Below are positions 20,195 to 33,669 of a stretch of DNA of 64,000 nt, piece after piece (within the stretch, counting starts at the first letter, position 1; each line of letters begins with the position of its first letter). The position numbers were made by a program, and so were the translations under genes. This DNA is from Tubiluchus corallicola (Eukaryota; Animalia; Priapulida), in assembly GCA_030141605.1 (NCBI GenBank), contig JAQGDQ010000037.1:682001-746000 (forward strand). Direction: 5' to 3'. Below the pieces are notes generated by a model, which worked only from the letters and a program-made list of their open reading frames with translations, made no database searches and was not told the DNA's origin.

Positions 20195-22339
20195 CTGTAA
20201 CGGTGAAGATTAAAAGTATTTTTGCCGCAACGATTTATAACAAGCAGGACAACATGGAATCAATTTAGAATTTAAAATGTAATTTTCACATATGCAAAAG
20301 TACTGATTAGTTATTAATTGGTTTTAAAAACCAAGTTTTTGACTCACAAATTTCGCAGCGTTTTCCACATTCTTTTGTCACCTTATTTTTTAGGAAGGAG
20401 TTACAGATTTAAACTTTGGGAAGGCTGTATGTAGCCCATATTCTATAATCAGAAGTAACAGTTATTATTGTTTTTTTTATATCAGCAAGCAATTAACTAA
20501 TCAGTTTGTGCATGCACTGAATTTCTTCATACTAAGATTAGCTAATAATAAATGTACACTATAAGGAAAGAAATGGGACAGTTGAAATAAGTTTTGGAAT
20601 TTCTTTGTTCATGTTACTTTTCATGTTTGTTTCTGCCTAATTTAGAAAAAATAATCATAGGCAAGTATTACAAAGGGTGTTGTACAAACTGTTCACTATC
20701 ATAGAAGCCATGTTTGTTTTTGCACTCTTAATTACATTTTTTAAGATGTAGATTCCAAAATAAAATAAAATGTAATACAAGCAGTTTGACTTTGTATTTA
20801 ACCGAAAAATTAAAATTTGTTTTTCATGTTTTTAAATTTAAGTTTGACATTGCAATTTTAGTACAGAGCTTTCTAGTGTAGTATAGTGTAGTGCAAGATT
20901 CTGTGTAAATGCTAAATTAATTATATAATTGCATAATACTCTTCATGCTACATTTTTCAATAATGTATTTCAAATTGAATAATTGTGTTTCAGTTGAATG
21001 TTCAGTTTTGGTACACTCATGTACATGTATAAAGACAAATGGTTTATAATAAAAACAATTCGTGTTTAGATTTTTTGCCTCAGAAGCAAATTGAAATCTT
21101 TTTGATAAATCAAAATGTTTCCAAAAAGCAGTAACACAATAGGTTGTTCTGAATTTGATGTTACTTAAAATGTTTTACACCTGACTACTAGTGAGTCAAG
21201 TAAATGTTTTGGAAATTTGAACAGTAGTATCATAGTTCATCTCATTTAAAGAGGTTTACGCTGAATAGACATATGATGTTGTAGGCAGCTAGTATTAATT
21301 AGCACAAACTATGCACTGCATAACAGACTCTCTGCAATGAATTTATTACAGAGTTATACGCAATGTTCATACAAGTGAATCAGGCTTTTGATTAAGGTGC
21401 ATTCAAGTAAGTGTGATTAGTTTGGATATCACAACCATCTGTTATTGTTGCAAATAATTTCTTTGTCCTACTGTGTTCATTAGATAGCCTGGATTAACAA
21501 TTAAGCAATATGCACATGCTTAGGGCCTCGGGGGGGGGGGGGGTCAAGGGCTTAGGGCCTAATTTTTTCAAATCGAATAATTACCCAAATAGATTGAGTA
21601 ATAGTAAAATTTACCGGAATGCGTGTCCCGGCAGATATGCTTAATGGGGCTGTCTCTTTATAAAATTTAGAGTCGTCTCTGCATTTTAAATCTAATATTA
21701 TCTTTTAAGCAATGCCCTAGCATATACTGTAAATAAAAATTATTGCAAGTTTTTTCTCATTTCGAAAAACAGTTTAGTATTGTTTATCCCGAATTACACA
21801 TACCATAGGGGTACCACAATCTTTTCAGTGCTTGGGTCTTCTTGAGGTATTACTCATTAAGTATTAGTTATAGTATCCTTTAGCTAATTTTATCATTCAT
21901 AAAGTGCACAGATAGTTTGCTGCTACTGTTCAGCATAGTACCTCTACAATAACTGTTGTGTTTGCTTAAAGGTACATTCAGTTTTCTGTATTAGCAGTTA
22001 AAAGAAAGTAATGTCGGGACACCATGTGACTTGCTTACATGTTTGGCATATCTGGCTTATTGGGTTTCCAGGCATTGCTTTATTTCCTTGCAGGAAGTCC
22101 TTCCAAGAAGAGGATGTTGTTCTTGGAGTTCATGGACAGCTCAACTAAAATAAGTTTGTGAAAAATTGGTTGCCGCCGTCTACTTTTTTGTGTTGTTGTT
22201 ATGATATCTTTTTCGATGCTGCTGTTCCTTGATTTGATTTCTTAAATTTGAAAAAATATTAAAGTGTGCAGAGCAAGGAAAAGAAAGTAAATAGTTGGGT
22301 TTTATACTAATTACTTTAGTTTGCAATAATTGCGCTCTA

Positions 22340-24517
22340 ATGACCTCTCACATCTGGGTGTGCTTGTGTCTTCTATGTCTATCATATGCTCTTGTTGTTT
22401 CTCAGACAACTGTGCCAAAATGTGCAGGTGAGTTTAACAGCTAACAACCTATTTGACAGTTCAATAATAACTAGAAGAAGTATTAAGTATTTTAACAATG
22501 ATTATTAGATGTGATCCTGAATTAGGTGAAGTATATGTCAATAGTCTTACTATTCTATTATTTACATAAAAGTAACTTTTATTATCACTAAAACGTTACA
22601 TCTAATTTTTTCTCGAGTACATTTTGCGGGACCCGTGACAACCTCATTCAAGAATTGCCAAGAAATCAGGAATGCTGGTTATACTGAAGATGGAATTTAT
22701 TATGTTGATATTGATGGACCTGGATATGGAAGAGGACCATTTGAAGTGCATTGCAATCTGAATAAGCAGCTTGGTACTGGTAAGTACCTTTGTAGTTTTA
22801 GTTGATACGCTGTAAGAATGTGCTGCTTTGCTCATAAGAATTGCCTGCAGTTTTAGGGGCATGGTATGTCACTTGATTAAGACAGTAATGTTGGGTTTGT
22901 TTTTTTGGTTTCATTTTGGGTTTTGGATGGAAAAAGAAAAGTCTAGTTTGTAAGATTATTTTTGAGGTCAGCAGTTACTGTAATATTTTACATTTTTTGT
23001 TTTTTGGTTTCTGTACATACTCTGTATTATATACTGTCCTTTTTCTTTTAGTGTCAGTAATAGCAGAAGCAAACTTGGTAATAGCAGAAGCAAACTTGTA
23101 ATGTTGCACACTGTGTGATCCACTTCCAGTAATCCATATAAGCAGTGTATTCGTTTTCTTGTAAATAGTCTTATGTCGGCATTTAATTCATTCTAGCAAG
23201 CCTAGCTTTTTGTTGGAATGTTAGCAGAATGTCTAATAGACTAATGTAGCACTAATTTTTTATTATTCTTGCAGGAATAACCGAGATATTTGACGATTCC
23301 ATGAGAGATTTCTATGTAAAAGGTTTTGAACAAAAAGGATCCTATGTGAGAAAAATAACATACAATACAAACATGGAAGATATACGTTTGATTATGACTA
23401 CTGCTAGAACATGTCAGCAATATTTTCGTGTGAGTGTTGATATAAGTACAATAATCATAAGTAGTAGTATTTTTGACTACTTTTATTGCATACAGAATAT
23501 TTGTAGTTTATTTATTTATTATTTTTATACTGTATACCGATTTTGTGGCAACTTGGCAGTCACGTATAACAATCTCTTATGTGTAAAGTACTTATAAATC
23601 ATTAACAACTTATTCTTTTCTAAAATGAACTTTTTATGTATAGTACAAATGTCACGGTTCCGTATTTCAAACTGATAGTGACGGACTGTTTGCTTGGTGG
23701 ACCACTTGGGATGGTAGAAACCAATCGTATTGGCAACAGGACAGCATCCAAGACAAAAAATGCTGGTGTGGTGTTCAAGGTGAGATGTTTTTATGTTAAT
23801 ACTGTCAAATATTTTTGCTTCTTTTGTGATTTTATAGTGCCACAGCTGCATTATAACCAATTAATTAATTTTGTAAACTGTGTTGTTCTGGAATGAAAGA
23901 CAGTCATTAAACTGATTGTACATTTTTTTAGGAATACCTACAGTCATAGTTTTTCAAAGTGTTTAAAAATAATTCATATTTGGAAATGATTCTACTGAGT
24001 TTTTGTTTGCACGAAAGCTTTCAAATAATTATTTTTATCGTGGTAGCATGTCAGTATTGTTTCTTACAATGTAATAATTGATAGTACTTATGGAAACCAA
24101 TGTAGCTAACTGATGTTCTGTAAAAACTTTGATGAATGTCATGTCAATGACAGCACAGAGACGCTTGAACTTCATCTGGTTGCTCATTTATTAAAGTAAT
24201 TTGATCATTTAAGCTGTTAAACAAATATGGCAATACAGGTGAATGATAATGATGATGATGATGATGATAAATCTTTTATTGAAAGTAAATAAAATAATAA
24301 AATAAGGTGAAGACATTAACAACTTTGTTTGTTTTCAGGTACTTGCACCCAGAGCAAGAAATGTGAATGCGACGTCAATGATCTGAGCTCAAGAGTCGAT
24401 GAAGGTTTATTTCACAACCTAGATGACCTTCCAATTACTGCCTTGTATTTTGGTGACACTGGTGATGAAGGAGAATACGGAATACACTATTTGGGTGACT
24501 TGCAGTGTCTTCATTAG
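22340..24517 (+). CDS. Secreted stand-alone CNTNAP/Neurexin-IV-type fibrinogen-like domain protein, paralog B (239 aa, 5 exons)
   Basis: Exons 22340-22427, 22618-22779, 23275-23429, 23644-23779, 24339-24517 (720 nt), with the same intron positions and phases as paralog A. Signal peptide MTSHIWVCLCLLCLSYALVVS. All Cys of the mature domain are shared with paralog A. Confidence 0.88.
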
Positions 24518-26577
24518 TGACACCTATGGCTAGAGATAAATAAAAGTAATGTTTTAATGACACCAGCTTAATATAATAGATGGTACTATATTATAACCAT
24601 GCAACATACAAAATTGCAAGTTCTATTTATACACCATTGGTGCTGCTATTTACTGAAACTGGTTTCAAACTAATAAAAGCTAGAGTACCTTTAATTATAA
24701 CTTCTAATAGCTGAAGATATTTGACCATTTTGGTTAAACAAATTTGAAATAACCCTGAAATAATGATTTTGCCAAAAAGTCTTTACCAGATGCATGGTTA
24801 TGAAACTAAAACTATTCACAAATAAACAATTTTATCAGGTATCAATAACTAAATCTGTTCATTGTTTGGATAGTAATGAAAATTAATTTTAACTACATGG
24901 TTTGAACTTAGATCATTATTTAGGGCAGTAACTTCAACTACAATTTCACATTCTTCTTCAATTCCTGTTTCTGCTTTTTGTAACAAGCATAAATATGTTG
25001 ATTTGCTCGAGCCTTTAGAAGGCATTAAATGTTCACTTAGCACTGTATGAGCATTAGATAAGCATGTACATGATAAGCTGGCATGTAAATTCCAAACAGC
25101 TTGAACTGCCTTGATCCATTAACCCATTTCAGGTGCATTTAGTTCATACTAAGTCTGGATGTTTTTTAAATTAAAAATATTTAAATTTATACCTTATTGA
25201 TAAACATTCAATTCTTCTGCTGTATACTTTGCGAAGGCAATTTAAGGTCTATGCTTTGAGTGCATTTACCTCTGCAGCATTAAACAAAATGTACTTTGCT
25301 TTATGTATTTGGTGTTGAACTAATAAATTATCTACAATAAGTACAAGGTATTTTTTTTTTTTTTTTGCTTTAAATCAGTTCTTTTACCAAATTGGTGAAT
25401 ATCACTGTCATAGGTTGTGAACTGTTGCACTAAATAGTAGTAGTTGTTGTTGTTGTAAATCACAGTAGTTATAAATGTAGTAACATTGAGATAAATAGTT
25501 TTTCCAATGTAATTGCGACAAATTCCACAAAGATGAGATTGTCATCAACACCTAGGCGTTTCCACTGGCAGGTTTTCTCACTATGATATGTAATCCAGCA
25601 TTCTTGTTATAGGCATATTCCAATTAGCACAATGATTAAATTTCAATGGACGATGTTGATAGTGTCCATCTAATTTAATTTATATGAAGTTACAGATGCT
25701 GCTGTTCTCACATCACAGGGCAATCTATTTTATCATTTTGATGACAAATAAAGAATTTATATATATATATATATATATTCCAGATCTCTTGCATCGTACA
25801 AGAAAAATAGTCGTATTTATCCAGTTTCTTATGAGCACAAGAAAACACTTTACGTTTGCAGTGCCTTGTGGCACACTAGTAGCTGAAATGCATTACATTT
25901 ATATATTGATTGTTTTGTATTTTACGTACAAGTGGTGTTTGACAGCAAGCCACTTTCCAGAGATAAAATTTTGTTAATTTGCAAGATATTGAAATTGCCG
26001 TATTGGTTGCGTTTGATATTATATCACAGTTGTGAAGAAAATTTTCCAGGAAAATCTATCGCTTTCGATTCCTATCATAAACATTATGGCTGATCAGGTT
26101 CTAAAGGCAAGGTAAGCAAGCAGATAAAAAGGCACTGTGTGTGACACATACCAAACAATGTTCAGCGCATTGATCATACATCTTAAATCTGTGCTTAAAA
26201 TCATAACACGAGGAAGTACAGTTGTAAAGGAACTACATAATTGTTATTTCGTATATAAAATTAAAATACAGTAGAATCGTACAGCCAGTTCATAAATCTC
26301 AAAACGCAATGAAAACAGGTGTGTTATCTTAATCATTCTAATTCTAAACATGAATAAAAATGCGACATGTCCAACAAGTAGTTAACCAAAAAAGCGCTTA
26401 GACGAAGCGACTGGCTGTGTTTGGAGCGGAGTAGACCACTACAGACAGGACACGAAGTCGTTATGACTTTGTTTATTTAATAATAATAAATGAATGTCAA
26501 TACACGTTGAATATTTATATCTAATAAAAGAATCTTATTCTGAGATATTAGAAAGGCCAGTATTAAATGAGTTCTAT

Positions 26578-26777
26578 ACACCCCCAAACACAACAACCCA
26601 ACAACCCCAAAAAACCCCAAAACACAACACCACACCACCCCAACCCAACCACCCCCCAAAAAACCCCCCCCACACACACACCCCAACAAACAAACCCCCC
26701 AAAAAAAACCCCAAACAAACCCACCCAAAAAACAAACAAACAACACCAAAAAACCACACCCAAAACAACACCCCCAC
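26578..26777. repeat. 200-bp tract composed only of A and C
   Basis: Seen directly. Aperiodic, and the source of five spurious ORFs. Confidence 0.9.
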
Positions 26778-27002
26778 TGTCCACAATAAGCGGCGGCCAC
26801 TGTATTAATGTTTTTGAGGAGTAATAATCCCACCTTTAGGCGATTCCAATATTTACTGAAGCTATAACACTTTAGCGGAACTGTCCTACGTCGCCTACTC
26901 CACACCCTACAGGAGGAAGGCTTATTCCTCGCGAACAAAGAAAATTTTAAGCCTTTGAAAACGAAAGGGTTAGTTTACAAATATGAACGCGCCCGTAAAT
27001 TT

Positions 27003-27051
27003 GCAAAGTCAGAATTTTCTTTCGAAAACGTTTGTGGCCCTGAAAAGGGCC
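27003..27051 (-). promoter_or_regulatory. Histone H4 3' stem-loop and histone downstream element
   Basis: Minus strand GGCCCTTTTCAGGGCC (27036-27051), then ACAAA, then ...CGAAAGAAAATTCTGACTTTGC. Confidence 0.95.
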
Positions 27052-27080
27052 AGTTGGTTGTTTATTACTGAAGGTAGGTT

Positions 27081-28199
<1,119 letters not shown>

Positions 28200-28221
28200 A
28201 TTGAACATACTAAAACCAACC

Positions 28222-28271
28222 GGCCCTTTTCAGGGCCACCATGTCTATCCAAATGAAAATTCTGATTTTGC
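28222..28271 (+). promoter_or_regulatory. Histone H3 3' stem-loop and downstream element
   Basis: GGCCCTTTTCAGGGCC ACCA ... CCAAATGAAAATTCTGATTTTGC. Confidence 0.95.
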
Positions 28272-28629
28272 TATGCATTGCACGAACAATTAATACACAC
28301 ACACCACGTTTTGATGTAATAGGCAGTGTGTATATTTTAGAACTATATAAGATACACAGGCATTTCAGATATTCCGGGGAAATAAATGTTAATACGTAAT
28401 CTTTATTACCAGGAACTATAAAATATGAAATGAAAAATGACCATAGTAATCTAAAACCGCCCATGAAAATTATTTTCTATTTCTTTCTGTACGAAAGATT
28501 CAGGCAAAAAATTTTTAGGGGAGGAGTTTACGCAATAACTGCATATTCGTTTTTGTTCTGGCGTTTTCGTATAACGACCACGTTGGATTTCCAAATCATG
28601 ATTTTCTCACTCGCAGTTTTGTGATAGCC

Positions 28630-29200
28630 TGTCTATGATTTTTGTCCTTTAGGTATGGCTCCATTTTGTATCTGCATTTGCACCCTATGTAAAATCTGAG
28701 CTTGTTTCGGCCTCTTTTTCTTATCATCATTATAAATTTCGCTAAAAAATAGATCGGCATATGTACTATGTAAAAAACAGATGCACTATTTGTATGTTAA
28801 ACAAGAAAATTTGTGTGGTCTGTGGGAAAGTGTTGTTAGGTATTAGTTTTTATTTTGAAGAGAACTCTAATGCTGTGATTTCTCATTGTTTCTGCATGTA
28901 TTCCTGTGTTGTTGAGATATACCTCGAGATATTTAATATGTTTTTCATTCTTTAGTGTCTCTGCTTTGATCTGGAATAGAATTTGATGGCGGTCTTTTTC
29001 TAAATACCACTATTTTTGCTTTTTTGTGGTTGATTTTTAGGTGTTTTTGTGCGGCACTGTGAAAGTTCACCAATAGACTTTTGGAGTCCCTCTCTAGATC
29101 TACTAAGCAGAACAAGATCTTCTGCCTACTGTAAGCACTTTATTACTACTTCGTTAAATATTGCATCATCATTACGGAGAGATCATTTACTTCTTCTTTT
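28630..29200 (-). mobile_element. Decayed LINE reverse-transcriptase fragment in the H3-H2B spacer
   Basis: Minus-strand translation (one frameshift) CLQ*AEDLVLLSRSREGLQKSIGELSQC...HLKINHKKAKIVVFRK resembles the RT motif LLYADDLVLLS..GLQ..L..C..L.IN..KTK.VVF. Boundaries approximate. Confidence 0.65.
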
Positions 29201-29742
29201 CTTACACGATTCCTTTTTTACAGACATTCTCGCAATAACGCATACGCAGGTTGCATTGAAAACAATATAAACCGATTCTATCTGTTTCGCAACCCCCAAA
29301 ACGCATGCTACCATAAAAGCCACTTAAAACTTGCTTTGATAACATCATAGTTGCGTAATGTTTAGACCATTCCAGCGTGCAATCGCCGCACAATTATAGG
29401 TGCCAACTCAGTAACTAATTTTGTGTAGAAAACAGAAAGTAGAATTCCTTAAAGTGTAACATATCGATGTTTTTCTCGTGGCGTTATTGGCGCAAGGTAT
29501 TATTCAATTCATTTTATTGCACGGATACATTATACAAAACAAAAACTATATGACTAATGTGTATGAGAAAAAGTGAAATTCGTTAAATATCAAGAAATTC
29601 ATACGAAAAAATGGCTAATGAACTTAAGAAGAGGTTTTTAGCATGTCAAAACATTAATAATAATTACTAGTAACCATCAATTAATTTCAGTTTTATTGCA
29701 TAAACACAATTAGGTACCATTGGCAAAAACATTACACAGCAA

Positions 29743-29792
29743 GCAAAATCAGAATTTCCTTTCGGAAAGACATGGTGGCCCTGAAAAGGGCC
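29743..29792 (-). promoter_or_regulatory. Histone H2B 3' stem-loop and downstream element
   Basis: Minus strand GGCCCTTTTCAGGGCC (29777-29792) ACCA ... CCGAAAGGAAATTCTGATTTTGC. Confidence 0.95.
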
Positions 29793-29820
29793 GGTGGGTT
29801 TTTAGGAGTTTTTCAGCAAT

Positions 29821-30189
29821 TTACTTGGAGCTGGTGTATTTAGTCACCGCCTTGGTTCCTTCACTCACAGCGTGCTTAGCCAACTCTCCTGGAAGGAGAA
29901 GACGGACAGCAGTCTGGATTTCTCTGCTTGTGATGGTGGAACGTTTGTTATAATGGGCAAGACGAGAAGCTTCTCCAGATATTCTCTCAAACAGATCGTT
30001 GACAAAGCTGTTCATGATGCTCATAGCCTTGCTAGAGATTCCAGTATCAGGATGGACCTGCTTCAATACCTTGTAAATGTAAATGCTGTAACTTTCCTTT
30101 CTCTTGCGCCTCTTTTTCTTGTCAGAAGTTGGTCTTTTCTGGGCCTTGCCAGCCTTTTTCGCTGCTTTACCACTTGGTTTAGGAGGCAT
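29821..30189 (-). CDS. His2B: Histone H2B (replication-dependent)
   Basis: 122-aa [18 protein letters not shown]...[25 protein letters not shown]...AVTKYTSSK*, followed by a stem-loop. Confidence 0.99.
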   Translation of the reverse strand: MPPKPSGKAAKKAGKAQKRPTSDKKKRRKRKESYSIYIYKVLKQVHPDTGISSKAMSIMNSFVNDLFERISGEASRLAHYNKRSTITSREIQTAVRLLLPGELAKHAVSEGTKAVTKYTSSK

Positions 30190-30900
<711 letters not shown>

Positions 30901-30934
30901 AAGTGGATCTTCGCACCGACCGTTAAAACCAACC

Positions 30935-30984
30935 GGCCCTTTTCAGGGCCACCAGATCTACTCCGAAGAAAATTCTGATTTTGC
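30935..30984 (+). promoter_or_regulatory. Histone H2A 3' stem-loop and downstream element
   Basis: GGCCCTTTTCAGGGCC ACCA ... CCGAAGAAAATTCTGATTTTGC. Confidence 0.95.
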
Positions 30985-33669
30985 TGGTTCATTTTGACGC
31001 AAATTTGCGTTTCAATTACTGCATATCAATATTAAAAACGTTATCAAAAATCCTGTGCCAAAAAACGCCATGTTGGGGCATGCTAGCTGAAACGCAGACA
31101 TGGCCTATGTTATTTAGCATAGGATATAAAAACATAATGTACTACTTATTAATGAATTCAAATGGTAAAGGTTTTGAGAGTACAAATAAGGAACAAATGT
31201 TGATACTCTGAAATTAAGTAAAATACAAAATTGACCTACATGTAGTTGATACAAATTCAGTCAAGAAGTCTAAATAGAAATACATAAAAATCGAAATTTA
31301 CGTGTTTATAAAAAATGAAATTAAAACAGAGAATATGTTGTTTAGACGAGAAGAAAGAAATTATGGCTGCACGGTTGAACATTCAGTTCATTTTGCAAAT
31401 GATACTACAGAACATATTTTAATGTAGATCAATATACATTAATAGATGGGGATTATCTGTGTAAGATATTAGTGGTACCCACATAGATAAATTAAGAAAA
31501 GTTCGACTGTATGTCACAGAGCTCTTCCAGCTAAGAGTGTATTGAAAGACGAGTAATTGGTGGAAGGGAAGAAATTTATGTGAACAAAATACGGGTTTGT
31601 AATCTTGCAACCTAGCACTTTTAATTGATGTCAGTTTTGGTGAAGAGGATGGTGTGTATAATCGGTAATGGCTTAATCTTGACGTTCCCAAGTTGTTTTT
31701 AAAATTACTTCATAATTAATGATTGTTTGTTGTGAACATGAGGCTACAAACTTTGGAATGCATACAGTTCCTTTACGAATTTAAACTCTGCCACATAAAT
31801 GACAGACCGCTGGCTTGTGCTTATCCGCCCCACAATTCAATGCCTGTGTAACAATAATAGTCCGACTTGGTTTTTAAAAAGGTCAGGTTAGGCCAAGTTT
31901 TTGTTTTGCATAAAGGTTTCTGTAAAAAAGGCCAACATTTAATGTTATTTTCATTATAAAAGCTTTCTAAGCTTTTATAATTTGGGCAGTGCAAGATTAT
32001 ATCTTCAGGCTGTAAACTGAATTAGTTACGTATGCTCTTTTTCCTTGAACTTGAGTTTATGTGATAAAGCTAATTATACGGACACTGTTCCGATATTCAC
32101 ACTACTAATGTACATACACTAAATGTTTTCTGTGCCTTAGCAAATGGAAGAACACGCATCTTAACAAACATCTTTCATGGCAATACTCAAGCATCTGAGT
32201 GTGTGTAGGGGTACTTATAATTACGATAAGCATGCCCTAAACATACATATTATTATTGACAAATTAAACCATCACTCAGTTTATTAGTTTAATATATAAA
32301 TAAAGAGACAATGTCACTAAATGCTTTATACATGTAACTTCTTTCCTTAAAAATATTCAGTTAAGTGACACATATAATACGTCATATAACACACATAATA
32401 TATTATAATGTAATAACCAAGCAAAAACCATTTAACACGAACATAACATTACAGTACATGATATCTATGATAAAAATGAGAAGATCACAGTCCGTAGTAG
32501 TACATTTGTCTTTTTGGCATACTGTACTTGCAATACAGAGTTTCTATAAGTTTTAACTATAACTCACAGCTTACAACAACTTTAGCAGTTTACAACTCAA
32601 CTGCCATCTTTGTGACAAGACTGCAACCTGGCTAAAATAATTTTTTTAGATGAACATTGTTCTGCTAAATTAAATCTTTCCTTTTTACGAGGAAAACAGC
32701 AAAAATTAGCATGGTAAATGAAACTACCCGAACAAGATTATAATGCACCCGATCATGAGTCCATTCCAGAGAAGGAATCTCATGAGACCATTCCGCTGTT
32801 CACCCCCGATTACTTTAACAATAATAGTAACAGCTACCCTGTCGTAATAACAGAAAAAATAAATTAAACAGATCAAAATATTGGTACTAAGACTAGTCCA
32901 CAAATAACAGAAACAACAATTTTTGTGTCTTTAATCTAGTCACCTACACTTTAGATAAAATTAAAATACAACATAAACACTTATAGTTAAAATTATTTGA
33001 CATTTGCAAATTTACTTAAGTTATTTAATACAATCAGCTACAAATTGCAAAGCATTTCGCTTGTTGCTGTTACGTATTTACTAAATGAAACAAAAATTTC
33101 AAGTACTACACACCTCAAGAACTACACAATTTATACATTTTATATAAGCACAAACCAGACAGATTACTGTGAAAAGCCAGAGTTTCTTTTAGGTGGTTAA
33201 GCTATTGCATACTTTTTGCTTACAATATGCACGTGTCTGAAAAGGGCATAATCAGAAAAAAGCGGCATTTATAAATGAATCTGCAAATCATGTTTTGTAC
33301 AGGAAACGCATCTAACTGTGCACATCATATTGCGAAAAATTTATGAATAAAAAAAACATGGCTCTTGGATTTTTTTATCCACTGTCATTATTCTTGTCAC
33401 TGCAGAGAGTGATGCCGTATAACGTTTCCAAAAAACAGTAAGAGAAACAATGTGTAGGCCTACACAAACTAAATCTATACATTGATATAGAGCTCTGATA
33501 ATCCATAAATGTTAGTCGGAATTCTGCTTTTGTACAGATAAAGAAAGCTGCACTTACTGAAAATATTTTTAGATAAGACACATAAATAAATTTTGTTGTA
33601 TAAAATATTCACTAACATAAGAAAATTTTCATTTCGTAATATTTAATGATGGTAAAAGTAGAAAGCATA

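Noticed and set aside
22011-22148. 45-codon ORF upstream of paralog B
   Set aside because: No counterpart upstream of paralog A and no recognisable motif.
23057-23098. 21-bp tandem duplication (GTAATAGCAGAAGCAAACTTG x2), and a similar 55-bp duplication at about 54222-54372
   Set aside because: Ordinary intronic slippage duplications, not a repeat-spacer array.
26477-26938. Several overlapping Pro/Thr/Lys- or Gly/Val/Phe-rich ORFs
   Set aside because: They are by-products of the A/C-only tract, which cannot contain stop codons.
28272-29742. Histone H1 or 5S rRNA gene within the histone unit
   Set aside because: No Lys/Ala-rich ORF, no fifth stem-loop and no 5S-like sequence was found.
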